DNA of 64,000 bases from Nageia nagi (lineage: Eukaryota; Plantae; Pinophyta), in contig JBITNC010000001.1 of NCBI GenBank assembly GCA_050084985.1, positions 121,148,001 to 121,212,000 of the forward strand, written 5' to 3'. The notes beneath the pieces were generated by a model. It did not search any database. It was not told where the DNA came from and saw only the letters and a program-made list of their open reading frames with translations. Position 1 is the first letter of the stretch, and the number at the start of each line of letters is the position of its first letter. Position numbers and translations under genes: made by a program. This document shows, piece after piece, positions 13,457 to 24,981 of this stretch.

Positions 13457-16400
13457 CTAGTCACACCACCAATATTTCTCGTGGCCTTCAGCTAGGAACT
13501 CTTGGATTTTGTCCTCAAAGTTCCAAAGGCTTTCCGCTCTTTCCCACGTATCGTTCTCAATGGTTTCACCTTCCCAACCAACAAGGTATTCGGTTTTCTT
13601 AATCTTGCCAAAACCCCTTGTACGAACACCCTTGATTTCCTTCACTATCTTCTGCGGTCTGTCGATGATACCGGTAGGCGGGCGAGTGGGAACCATTCTC
13701 TCAGGATTTTCTGAATCTTCCACACATGGCCTCAACTGGCTGACATGAAAGACATCATGTATGTGCAGATGACTTGGTAGCTGGATCTTATACGCCACTT
13801 TGCCAATTCGCTTAATCACTCTGAACGGCCCCTCATATCTCCTCGAGAGGGACTTTGACGTTCCCGGTGCAGGCTTGAAGTGGTCTCCATCAATTCTCAA
13901 AAATACCAAGTCCCCAACCTTGAACTCCAACTCCCGTCTCCTCTGATCTGCATTTTTCCGCATCCTCTCCTGAGCCTGTAGTAGAAATGCTCGTGCGGCA
14001 TCTATTCTCTCCTTCCAATCCTCCAGGTACCGAGTTGCCGATGGGCAAGTGCTGAAGTATTCCGGTACCACTGTGTGGGGAGCGATTGGTTGCCTACCTG
14101 TGGCAAGTTCGAATGGAGTGAATTTACTTGAGGCCGACTTCTGGCTATTGTAACTGAATTGTGCAATGTCCAGGAGGTCGGGCCAATTTGTTTGGTCTGA
14201 TGTCACATAATGCCTCAAGTATTCTTCTAGGATCCCATTTACTCTCTCTGTCTGCCCATCTGTCTGTGGATGGTGACTTGTGGACAGAAACAGCTTTGTG
14301 CCCATTATCCTGAATAACGCTGACCAGAAGTTACTAGTGAATCGAGCATCCCTATCCGACACAATGTTCAGTGGTATCCCCCAATATTTCACAACATGCT
14401 TGAAGAAGTATTCGGCTGCCGTTGCCGCTTCGCATGGATACTTACACGGGATGAATGTGGCATACTTAGAGAATCTATCAACCACTACCATAATGCTAGT
14501 ATATCCTTGTACCTCCGGTAAGCTGGTGATAAAGTCCATGCTGACACTCACCCACGGTCTGATAGGTATTGGGAGAGGTTGAAGTAAACCTGCTGGCCGT
14601 TTTCTCTCACTCTTATCTTGTTGGCACAACAGGCAGCTTCTCACATAGCTTTCCACATCGTTGAACATGTTCAGCCAATAGTATCCTCTAGAGATCAATG
14701 CCATCATCCTATCTCTTCCTGGGTGCCCGGCCCAAGGCGAGTCATGACACTCCTTCATTATCTCATTTCTTAGGCCGTCCCACTTCGGCACATAGATCCT
14801 GTTGGCTCCATACAACAATAAACCCATACGGGTTCTGAACCTGGTCAACCGATTCACATTTGCAAATTTATCTGCTGAGGCTACCATGGCTCTGGCCTGC
14901 GGGTCTTTTCCCATCCCCTCTCTGATTCTCGAAACCAAATCCCCTGAAAGCTGTACTTGACCTGGTTGATTTGGCTGCTGATCCTCTTTGGCCAACTCCT
15001 CCTGGCCATTTGTCATCGCAGTGAGGGCACGGGGTGGTTTCTCCCCCACTTGAGCTTGGGCGAGCTCCTGCAAGCCCTCATTAGGATCCTTTAGTTGAGC
15101 CTTACGGCTCAAGGCATCCGTTGCCGCATTCTTCTTGCCTGGGTTGTATCTGAACTCGGCATCATATTCGGCCAAGAAGTTTGCCCACCGTGCCTTCTTG
15201 CCTGTTAGCTTGCTAGATGTCTTAAAATAAGTGTTGGAGATGTCCGTTTTGATCACAAACGGAGTGCCCAAAAGATAGTGTCTCCAAACACGTAAACAGT
15301 GTAAGACTGCCACCATCTCCTTGTCATGCGCGGGGTAGTTTCTCTCCGCGTCTTTCAATTTCCGCAATTCATAAGCGATGGGGTGTCCATCCTGGATCAA
15401 GACCCCACCGATGGCATAATCTGAGGCATCCGTATGCACTTCAAAAGACTTAGAAAAATCAGGCAAGGCTAACACCGGTGATGTTGTAAGTTTGCATTTC
15501 AATTCCTCAAATGCCTGCTGCCGACTTGCTGTCCAAAACCACCTTGTCTGTTTTCTGAGCAACTGAGTGAGGGGGGCTGCTATCTTCGAATATCCACACA
15601 CAAACTTCCTGTAATAGTTGGCTAAGCCCAAAAATTGTCTGAGCTGATGGACATCCTTCGGAGGCTCCCAATCTCGAATGGCATCCAATTTCTTCATCTC
15701 CGGCTTAATCTTTCCACCGCCGACGACATGTCACAGGAAGCTCACTTCAGTTTGTGCAAAGGCTCATTTTTCCTTTTTGACGTAAAGCTCGTTCTCCTTG
15801 AGCTTGTCAAACACCAATGCCAAATGAGTTATGATCCTCTAGGGACTTGCTATAAATCAAAATGTCGTCCAGATATACCAAGACAAACTTATCCAAATAA
15901 GGCCGGAACACATCGTTCATAAGTGTACAAAATGTCGCCGGGGCGTTGCACAAACCGAATGGCATAACCATAAAGTCGAAGGAGCCATATCTTGTCACAC
16001 AGGTTGTTTTTACTTCATCACCCTGTGCGATACGTACTTGGTAATAACCTTGCTTTAAATCAAGCTTCGAGAAGTACACGGCTTTACCCAATCGATCAAA
16101 ACAATCCTCAATGAGTGGGAGTGGGTACTTGTTTTTTATCGTAATTTTGTTAAGGGCCCGGTAGTCCACACACATCCGCAACGACCCGTCTTTCTTTTTC
16201 TGAAATAGCACAGGTGCCCCGTAAGGCGAGTGAGACGGTCTCAAATAACCGGCGGCCATTAACTCTTCCAGCTGCTTCTTTAACTCTGCCATTTCAGCCA
16301 CTGACAGTCTGTACGGTTTGATGGACGGCGGTTTGGCCCCCGGAGTCAACTCAATCTTATGATCGACCGTCCTCCTCGGTGGGAGTCGAGTTGGTAACTC

Positions 16401-18372
16401 CACCGGCATAACATCCCCATATCTCTCCAGTACTTCGTTGATCTCTCCGGGGACTGTTGTCTTCTCCACTTCCTGTTCCTCCCAACCTCCCAACATGGCT
16501 GCTAGAAATAGAGGTTCCCGTTTATTCCTAGAGGCTTTTCTAATGGACATGACAGAGAGGTTTTGGAGGCGACCACTAGACCTAGGCTCAACAAGGTCGA
16601 CCATGCACGAGTAGTCAGGATGCATAATGACCAGCTTCCCGATGTGGGGCATGGCCGCGGCATGGGCAGTATAGATGAAGGATTGACCTAGGACCAGGTC
16701 GAAGTTGAGACTAGGCACCACAAAGAGGATTGTGGTACCAAGCCACTTCCCTACTTGGAGAGACACTTTGGGAGTTCGGCGCAAACTGATTTCCTCTGGC
16801 CGATTAGCAACTTGCAAAGATTCATTGGACTTGTGCGTCTTAAGGCCCAAATCCTTACATAGGCGTTCAGATATATAATTGCTTGACGCACCGCCATCGA
16901 CAAGCGCCACGACAGGTCTACCATTAAGAGTGACGTCCACATAACTGAGAGGATAGTGTTAGGTTTCATCAATATGAGCCGGCTTACCCTCAATGGCTGC
17001 CAAAGCATTCAAAAGTCGAACACCAGGGGCACTTTGAGGGTTCGATGATGTTGAGGCAGTCGTTGTTAGAGCCAACGGTTGGGGAGGATGAGTCACATAG
17101 TATTGGACTGGTTGAGCTTGGGGAGTGGCTAGGTTCATGACATTTAGGCGATTTTGGTGAGGGCATTCTCTAGCAATATGACTGGTGCTATCACACCCGA
17201 AGCACCGCCGTCTGCCTTGTTGCTCATACTCAACCTGCTGCACCTTCTGTGACCGATTACTGTCCTCACCTTGGTGCCCTCTTTTGCCCTTTTTATTCTT
17301 GTCATGCTTGCCCTCTCCTTTCCCAAACCTTTCCTGCTTTCCCCTGTTATCTCTGTTGTCCCGACTGTCACCTGTCCAACCCTTCTTACTTTTCCGCTTA
17401 TCTCCCCAACCTTTCTTTTCTGAACTCACCCCTCTCTTCTCCTCCCTTTTATTGTCCTTTTTCAGCCCAGCCTCTCTATAATCGGTCAACTTTTCTGCCG
17501 CTTGTATTGCTTCGGTGAGCTTGTCGGTTTAGCTCAGCCTTGGCCCAAGGTCGAAGGCCTTTCATAAAGTAATGCAGTTTAACATGCTCTTGCAAGCCCG
17601 AAGTTGCCAATATGTATACTTGGAAGGCCTTGATATATTCTTTTATGGTTCCGGTATGCTGGAGGGCATCCAGCTTTTCCAAGATCTTTATATCTGCATT
17701 GGTGGGCTTGAATTGTTCTCTCAAGAGTTGTTGAAAGTTTTCCCAGGTCTTGCAAGGATCTTCCCCTGTCAATGACGTCGACCGAGTCCTCCACCAAAGT
17801 TTGGCACCACCTTCTAGCAAACCCACCACAATATTGATCTTTTTTCGGTCATCAACCCGAGGAAGCTGACTGAAATAGTGTCCCAAATCCCAAATCCATG
17901 GTTCCAACACCGTAGCTTCTCGTTCCCCACTGCACGCTGTTGGCATTTTCACCTTAATTCGTGCCTCGACTTTGTCTTGGCCTGCTGAGCCAGCTACAAG
18001 TTGTGTCAAAAGGGTCATTTTCTCGCTCATCTCGTGAATTACCCGTCTATACTCACCCACTTGAGTCTCCAGGTCAAAAACACGATTGCCCAGATCTATG
18101 GTCTCTCCACGCATGACCTCGTGCTCCTCAGTAAGGGCAGCATTTTCTGCTTGGAGTCGCACGATCATATCACCATCCCCTACTCTTTCACCACGAGGTT
18201 TTCTTTTATTTTGATCCCTCAGTTCCTTGAACTGTTCCAAATATTTATCCACTGTTATCTGATGTATGACCCGATAAGGAGTTTCCTCCTCGTTTTGAAC
18301 ACCCGGTTCCTGCGGTGCCGTTTCCTGAGGCATCTCTTCCAACTCTATCTCTTCCACTGGCTGAGCAGACAT
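13457..18372 (-). pseudogene. Chromovirus (Galadriel-like) gag-pol, left arm
   Basis: gag AKLWWR, CCHC knuckle CFGCDSTSHIAREC, protease ALVDGGA, RT YLDD, RNase H HTDASD, integrase CHDSPWAGHPG/DRFSK, chromodomain EYLVGWEG...TWE; stops and frameshifts. Confidence 0.94.
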
Positions 18373-18823
18373 CTTGAACAACCCAGCGCGGTCACTAGCA
18401 CAATTCGACACAGGTACACACACACGGACACACTTTACCAAACTTCACGCTTCAAACCTACAACACGAGACATGTAGGTTAGAATACCACACAAGGCGCC
18501 ACGAATTGCTAAGGCAAACAAGGTTGTGCATGAGCAAAAATAAACACACAGCACGAAGCATGCACAAACACACGGTAAGCATCACATCAGTCGGGTCGGG
18601 AAAATGTGATGTGATGCTTACCGTGTGTTTGTGCATGCTTCGTGCTGTGTGTTTATTTTTGCTCATGCACAACCTTGTTTGCCTTAGCAATTCGTGGCGC
18701 CTTGTGTGGTATTCTAACCTACATGTCTCGTGTTGTAGGTTTGAAGCGTGAAGTTTGGTAAAGTGTGTCCGTGTGTGTGTACCTGTGTCGAATTGTGCTA
18801 GTGACTGCGCTGGGTTGTTCAAG

Positions 18824-21800
18824 ATGTCTGCTCAGCCAGTGGAAGAGATAGAGTTGGAAGAGATGCCTCAGGAAACGGCACCGCAGGAACCGGGTGTTCA
18901 AAACGAGGAGGAGGAAACTCCTTATCGGGTCATACATCAGATAACAGTGGATAAATATTTGGAACAGTTCAAGGAACTGAGGGATCAAAATAAAAGAAAA
19001 CCTCGTGGTGAAAGAGTAGGGGATGGTGATATGATCGTGCGACTCCAAGCAGAAAATGCTGCCCTTACTGAGGAGCACGAGGTCATGCGTGGAGAGACCA
19101 TAGATCTGGGCAATCGTGTTTTTGACCTGGAGACTCAAGTGGGTGAGTATAGACGGGTCATTCACGAGATGAGCGAGAAAATGACCCTTTTGACACAACT
19201 TGTAGCTGGCTCAGCAGGCCAAGACAAAGTCGAGGCACGAATTAAGGTGAAAATGCCAACAGCGTGCAGTGGGGAACGGAAGCTACGGTGTTGGAAACAT
19301 GGATTTGGGATTTGGGACACTATTTCAGTCAGCTTCCTCGGGTTGATGACCGAAAAAAGATCAATATTGTGGTGGGTTTGCTAGAAGGTGGTGCCAAACT
19401 TTGGTGGAGGACTCGGTCGACGTCATTGACAGGGGAAGATCCCTGCAAGACCTGGGAAAACTTTCAACAACTCTTGAGAGAACAATTCAAGCCCACCAAT
19501 GCAGATATAAAGATCTTGGAAAAGCTGGATGCCCTCCAGCATACCGGAACCATAAAAGAATATATCAAGGCCTTCCAAGTATACATATTGGCAACTTCGG
19601 GCTTGCAAGAGCATGTTAAACTGCATTACTTTATGAAAGGCCTTCAACCTTGGGCCAAGGCTGAGCTAAACCGACAAGCTCACCGAAGCAATACAAGCGG
19701 CAGAAAAGTTGACCGATTATAGAGAGGCTGGGCTGAAAAAGGACAATAAAAGGGAGGAGAAGAGAGGGGTGAGTTCAGAAAAGAAAGGTTGGGGAGATAA
19801 GCAGAAAAGTAAGAAGGGTTGGACAGGTGACAGTCGGGACAACAGAGATAACAGGGGAAAGCAGGAAAGGTTTGGGAAAGGAGAGGGCAAGCATGACAGG
19901 AATAAAAAGGGCAAAAGAGGGCACCAAGGTGAGGACAGTAATCTGTCACAGAAGGTGCAGCGGGTTGAGTATGAGCAGCAAGGCAGATGGCGGTGCTTCG
20001 GGTGTGATAGCACTAGTCATATTGCTAGAGAATGCCCTCACCAAAATCGCCTAAATGTCATGAACCTAGCCACTCCCCAAGCTCAACCAGTCCAATACTA
20101 TGTGACTCATCCTCCCCAACCGTTGGCTCTAACAACGACTGCCTCAACATCATCGAACCCTCAAAGTGCCCCTGGTGTTCGACTTTTGAATGCTTTGGCA
20201 GCCATTGAGGGTAAGCCGGCTCATATTGATGAAAGCTAACACTATCCTCTCAGTTATGTGGATGTCACTCTTAATGGTAGACCTGTCGTGGCGCTTGTCG
20301 ATGGCGGTGCGTCAAGCAATTATATATCTGAACGCCTATGTAAGGATTTGGGCCTTAAGACGCACAAGTCCAATGAATCTTTGCAAGTTGCTAACCGGCC
20401 AGAGGAAATCAGTTTGCGCCGAACTCCCAAAGTGTCTCTCCAAGTAGGGAAGTGGCTTGGTACCACAATCCTCTTTGTGGTGCCTAGTCTCAACTTCGAC
20501 CTGGTCCTAGGTCAATCCTTCATCTATACTGCCCATGCCGCGGCCATGCCCCACATCGGGAAGCTGGTCATTATGCATCCTGACTACTCGTGCATGGTCG
20601 ACCTTGTTGAGCCTAGGTCTAGTGGTCGCCTCCAAAACCTCTCTGTCATGTCCATTAGAAAAGCCTCTAGGAATAAACGGGAACCTCTATTTCTAGCAGC
20701 CATGTTGGGAGGTTGGGAGGAACAGGAAGTGGAGAAGACAACAGTCCCCGGAGAGATCAACGAAGTACTGGAGAGATATGGGGATGTTATGCCGGTGGAG
20801 TTACCAACTCGACTCCCACCGAGGAGGACGGTCGATCATAAGATTGAGTTGACTCCGGGGGCCAAACCGCCATCCATCAAACCGTACAGACTGTCAGTGG
20901 CTGAAATGGCAGAGTTAAAGAAGCAGCTGGAAGAGTTAATGGCCGCCGGTTATTTGAGACCGTCTCACTCGCCTTACGGGGCACCTGTGCTATTTCAGAA
21001 AAAGAAAGACGGGTCGTTGCGGATGTGTGTGGACTACCGGGCCCTTAACAAAATTACGATAAAAAACAAGTACCCACTCCCACTCATTGAGGATTGTTTT
21101 GATCGATTGGGTAAAGCCGTGTACTTCTCGAAGCTTGATTTAAAGCAAGGTTATTACCAAGTACGTATCGCACAGGGTGATGAAGAGAAAACAACCTGTG
21201 TGATAAGATATGGCTCCTTCGACTTTATGGTTATGCCATTCGGTTTGTGCAACGCCCCGGCGACATTTTGTACACTTATGAACGATGTGTTCCGGCCTTA
21301 TTTGGATAAGTTTGTCTTGGTATATCTGGACGACATTTTGATTTATAGCAAGTCCCTAGAGGATCATAAGACTCATTTGGCATTGGTGTTTGACAAGCTC
21401 AAGGAGAACGAGCTTTACGTCAAAAAGGAAAAATGTGCCTTTGCACAAACTGAAGTGAGCTTCCTGTGACATGTCGTCGGCGGTGGAAAGATTAAGCCGG
21501 AGATGAAGAAATTGGATGCCATTCGAGATTGGGAGCCTCCGAAGGATGTCCATCAGCTCAGACAATTTTTGGGCTTAGCCAACTATTACAGGAAGTTTGT
21601 GTGTGGATATTCGAAGATAGCAGCCCCCCTCACTCAGTTGCTCAGAAAACAGACAAGGTGGTTTTGGACAGCAAGTCGGCAGCAGGCATTTGAGGAATTG
21701 AAATGCAAACTTACAACATCACCGGTGTTAGCCTTGCCTGATTTTTCTAAGTCTTTTGAAGTGCATACGGATGCCTCAGATTATGCCATCGGTGGGGTCT

Positions 21801-23742
21801 TGATCCAGGATGGACACCCCATCGCTTATGAATCGCGGAAATTGAAAGACGCGGAGAGAAACTACCCCGCGCATGACAAGGAGATGGTGGCAGTCTTACA
21901 CTGTTTACGTGTTTGGAGACACTATCTTTTGGGCACTCCGTTTGTGATCAAAACGGACAACATCTCCAACACTTATTTTAAGACATCTAGCAAGCTAACA
22001 GGCAAGAAGGCACGGTGGGCAGACTTCTTGGCCGAATATGATGCCGAGTTCAGATACAACCCAGGCAAGAAGAATGCGGCAGCGGATGCCTTGAGCCGTA
22101 AGGCTCAACTAAAGGATCCTAATGAGGGCTTGCAGGAGCTCGCCCAAGCTCAAGTGGGGGAGAAACCACCCCGTGCCCTCACTGCGATGACAAATGGCCA
22201 GGAGGAGTTGGCCAAAGAGGATCAGCAGCCAAATCAACCAGGTCAAGTACAGCTTTCAGGGGATTTGGTTTCGAGAATCAGAGAGGGGATGGAAAAAGAC
22301 CCGCAGGCCAGAGCCATGGTAGCCTCAGCAGATAAATTTGCAAATGTGAATCGGTTGACCAGGTTCAGAACCCGTATGGGTTTATTGTTGTATGGAGCCA
22401 ACAGGATCTATGTGCCGAAGTGGGACGGCCTAAGAAATGAGATAATGAAGGAGTGTCACGACTCGCCTTGGGCCGGACACCCAGGAAGAGATAGGATGAT
22501 GGCGTTGATCTCTAGAGGATACTATTGGCCGAACATGTTCAAGGATGTGGAAAGCTATGTGAGAAGCTGCCTGTTGTGCCAACAAGATAAGAGTGAGAGA
22601 AAACGGCCAGCAGGTTTACTTCAACCTCTCCCAATACCTGTCAGACCGTGGGTGAGTGTCAGCATGGACTTTATCACCAGCTTACCGGAGGTACAAGGAT
22701 ATACTAGCATTATGGTAGTGGTTGATAGATTTTCTAAGTATGCCACATTCATCCCGTGTAAGTATCCATGCGAAGCGGCAACGGCAACCGAATACTTCTT
22801 CAAGCATGTTGTGAAATATTGGGGGATACCATTGAACATTGTGTCGGATAGGGATGCTCGATTCACTAGTAACTTCTGGTCAGCGTTATTCAGGATAATT
22901 GGCACAAAGCTGTTTCTGTCCACAAGTCACCATCCACAGACAGATGGGCAAACAGAGAGAGTAAACGGGATCCTAGAGGAATACTTGAGGCATTATGTGA
23001 CATCAGACCAAACAAATTGGCCCGACCTCCTGGACATTGCACAATTCAGTTACAATAGCCAGAATTCGGCCTCAAGTAAATTCACTCCATTCGAACTTGG
23101 CACGGGTAGGCAACCAATCGCTCCCCACACAGTGGTACCGGAATACTTCAGCACTTGCCCATCGGCAACTCGGTACCTGGAGGATTGGAAGGAGAGAATA
23201 GATGCCGCACGAGCATTTCTACGGCTCAGGAGAGAATGCGGAAAAATGCAGATCAGAGGAGACGGGAGTTGGAGTTCAAGGTTGGGGACTTCGTATTTTT
23301 GAGAATTGATGGAGACCACTTCAAGCCTGCACCGGGAACATCAAAGTCCCTCACGAGGAGATATGAGGGGCCGTTCAGAGTGATTAAGCGAATTGGCAAA
23401 GTGGCGTATAAGATCCAGTTACCAAGTCATCTGCACATACATGATGTTTTTCATGTTAGCCAGTTGAGGCCATGTGTGGAAGATTCGGAAAATCCTGAGA
23501 GAATGGTTCCCACTCGCCCGCCTACCGGTATCATCGACAGACCGCAGAAGATAGTGAAGGAAATCAAGGGTGTTCGTACAAGGGGTTTCGGCAAGATTAA
23601 GAAAACCGAATACCTTGTTGGTTGGGAAGGTGAAACCATTGAGAACGATACGTGGGAAAGAGCGGAAAGCCTTTGGAACTTTGAGGACAAAATCCAAGAG
23701 TTCCTAGCTGAAGGCCATGAGAAATATTGGTGGCGTGACTAG
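18824..23742 (+). pseudogene. Chromovirus (Galadriel-like) gag-pol, right arm
   Basis: Same domains as the left arm; stops at 20237 and 21467, frameshifts at ~19279, ~19677 and ~23221. Confidence 0.94.
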
Positions 23743-23806
23743 CACCAATTCCTCCTTTTGGTGTGCATTGTTGACGAGGTCGTCAACACCTTTAAGTGGG
23801 GGAGAA

Positions 23807-24290
23807 TGTGAGAGGGCCGCCTCTCCCGGGGTGGTGAGTGTACGTAGAGCGCAACCTTTAGTACACGGGGATCCATTCCGGGCCCAGACTGTCGTGCTTT
23901 AGGAACCATGACGGACAAGGTTGAGAGTCCGTTCCTATGGTTGGACTGGGCGACACGGATGGGCGAATAAAGCTCAGGGGTACCTTAGGGGTGATACCCG
24001 TTTGAAGGTCGTTGGTTGGGCGGTGAGCACTAGGCACTTTGGTAACTATGACAAACCGGTTCGATGCTCCAAGGGGTCGGACTAGCTCTAGAGGCACAAG
24101 GCCTCGAGCAGTATGCAACTACGGACTTGACGGATACGGCGGAGCCGGCTAGACGTGCGGGACGGGCCGTGAGTGGATATGCCTGGCAGGGGTGATTCCC
24201 ATAAGTCCGGTACCCAGGCTTGTGAACCGTGTAGTCTATGTCGGTGCCGGGCGTTACCATCGGTAGCCACGCTCTAAGGGGTGGCTCGTC
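23807..24290 (+). repeat. LTR of the right arm (no terminal CA; followed by TGGTA)
   Basis: Begins TGTGAG directly after PPT AAGTGGGGGAGAA; end inferred from the imperfect terminal inverted repeat. Confidence 0.8.
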
Positions 24291-24981
24291 TGGTAGTGAA
24301 ATGACATACCATTTAATGGCGGATGGTGGCAGAGCGCAAAGATGTACGTCTGAAGCTGCCGATCTCTTCCTTTGAATCATATGTCACATGAGAGACACTT
24401 GACACGTGTTAGGCATTGGTTTGTGTGAAGGGAAAAGGTGGCACTTCGTCTTATTCATGGCATGGAAAAGTGTGACAGCTAGCTCTTGAATCCTGTGCCA
24501 TGGAGTGGTGGGTGTGAACATGTGGATATGTGGACGTACCTTGTTTGCCAAGCTATCATATGGTTTGGTTGTTATGTTGCACTCTCGACGGGTGATGTTA
24601 CCTTGAAAATTGGGCCATCACATTATAATTGAAATCTCGTTTGGCGCATTGTACGAAGGTCATGGTGAGGAAATTGACAGCTATTGACGTGTCCGAAGAA
24701 ACGTTGTTCGAAGCTACAGTCACGACACCTATGTAAGATTCATGCCAACTCTTGAAACTATAATAGTTCCTGCTGAAATGAGAATCCTACACGTGACCTT
24801 ATGTTATTATTATTAAAATATATATATATATAATTTTTTTCTCTTTTTTTTTTTAAATTGACAAAAGCTCCTTGTGTTTCCAGTGTTGGTGGTTTTCACC
24901 CGCAAGTGCCAGTTTCTTGGTTTTCGCTTACCGATTGCCACGTTCATTGGAATCACTTATTTATAAGACTGATCAATGGAA

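Larger units (their letters stand above)
12904..24295. repeat. 11.4-kb inverted repeat: arms 12904-18589 and 18607-24295, 17-nt spacer 18590-18606
   Basis: Arms are reverse complements base by base; mirror-image ORFs appear in the ORF track. Confidence 0.98.

Noticed and set aside
18374-18822. Two near-identical 125-aa ORFs on opposite strands across the centre
   Set aside because: An automatic consequence of the palindrome symmetry; non-ATG starts and no recognisable domain
12904-24295. Two independent insertions, or a DNA transposon with giant TIRs
   Set aside because: Shared lesions, missing 5' LTRs, no TSD and no transposase
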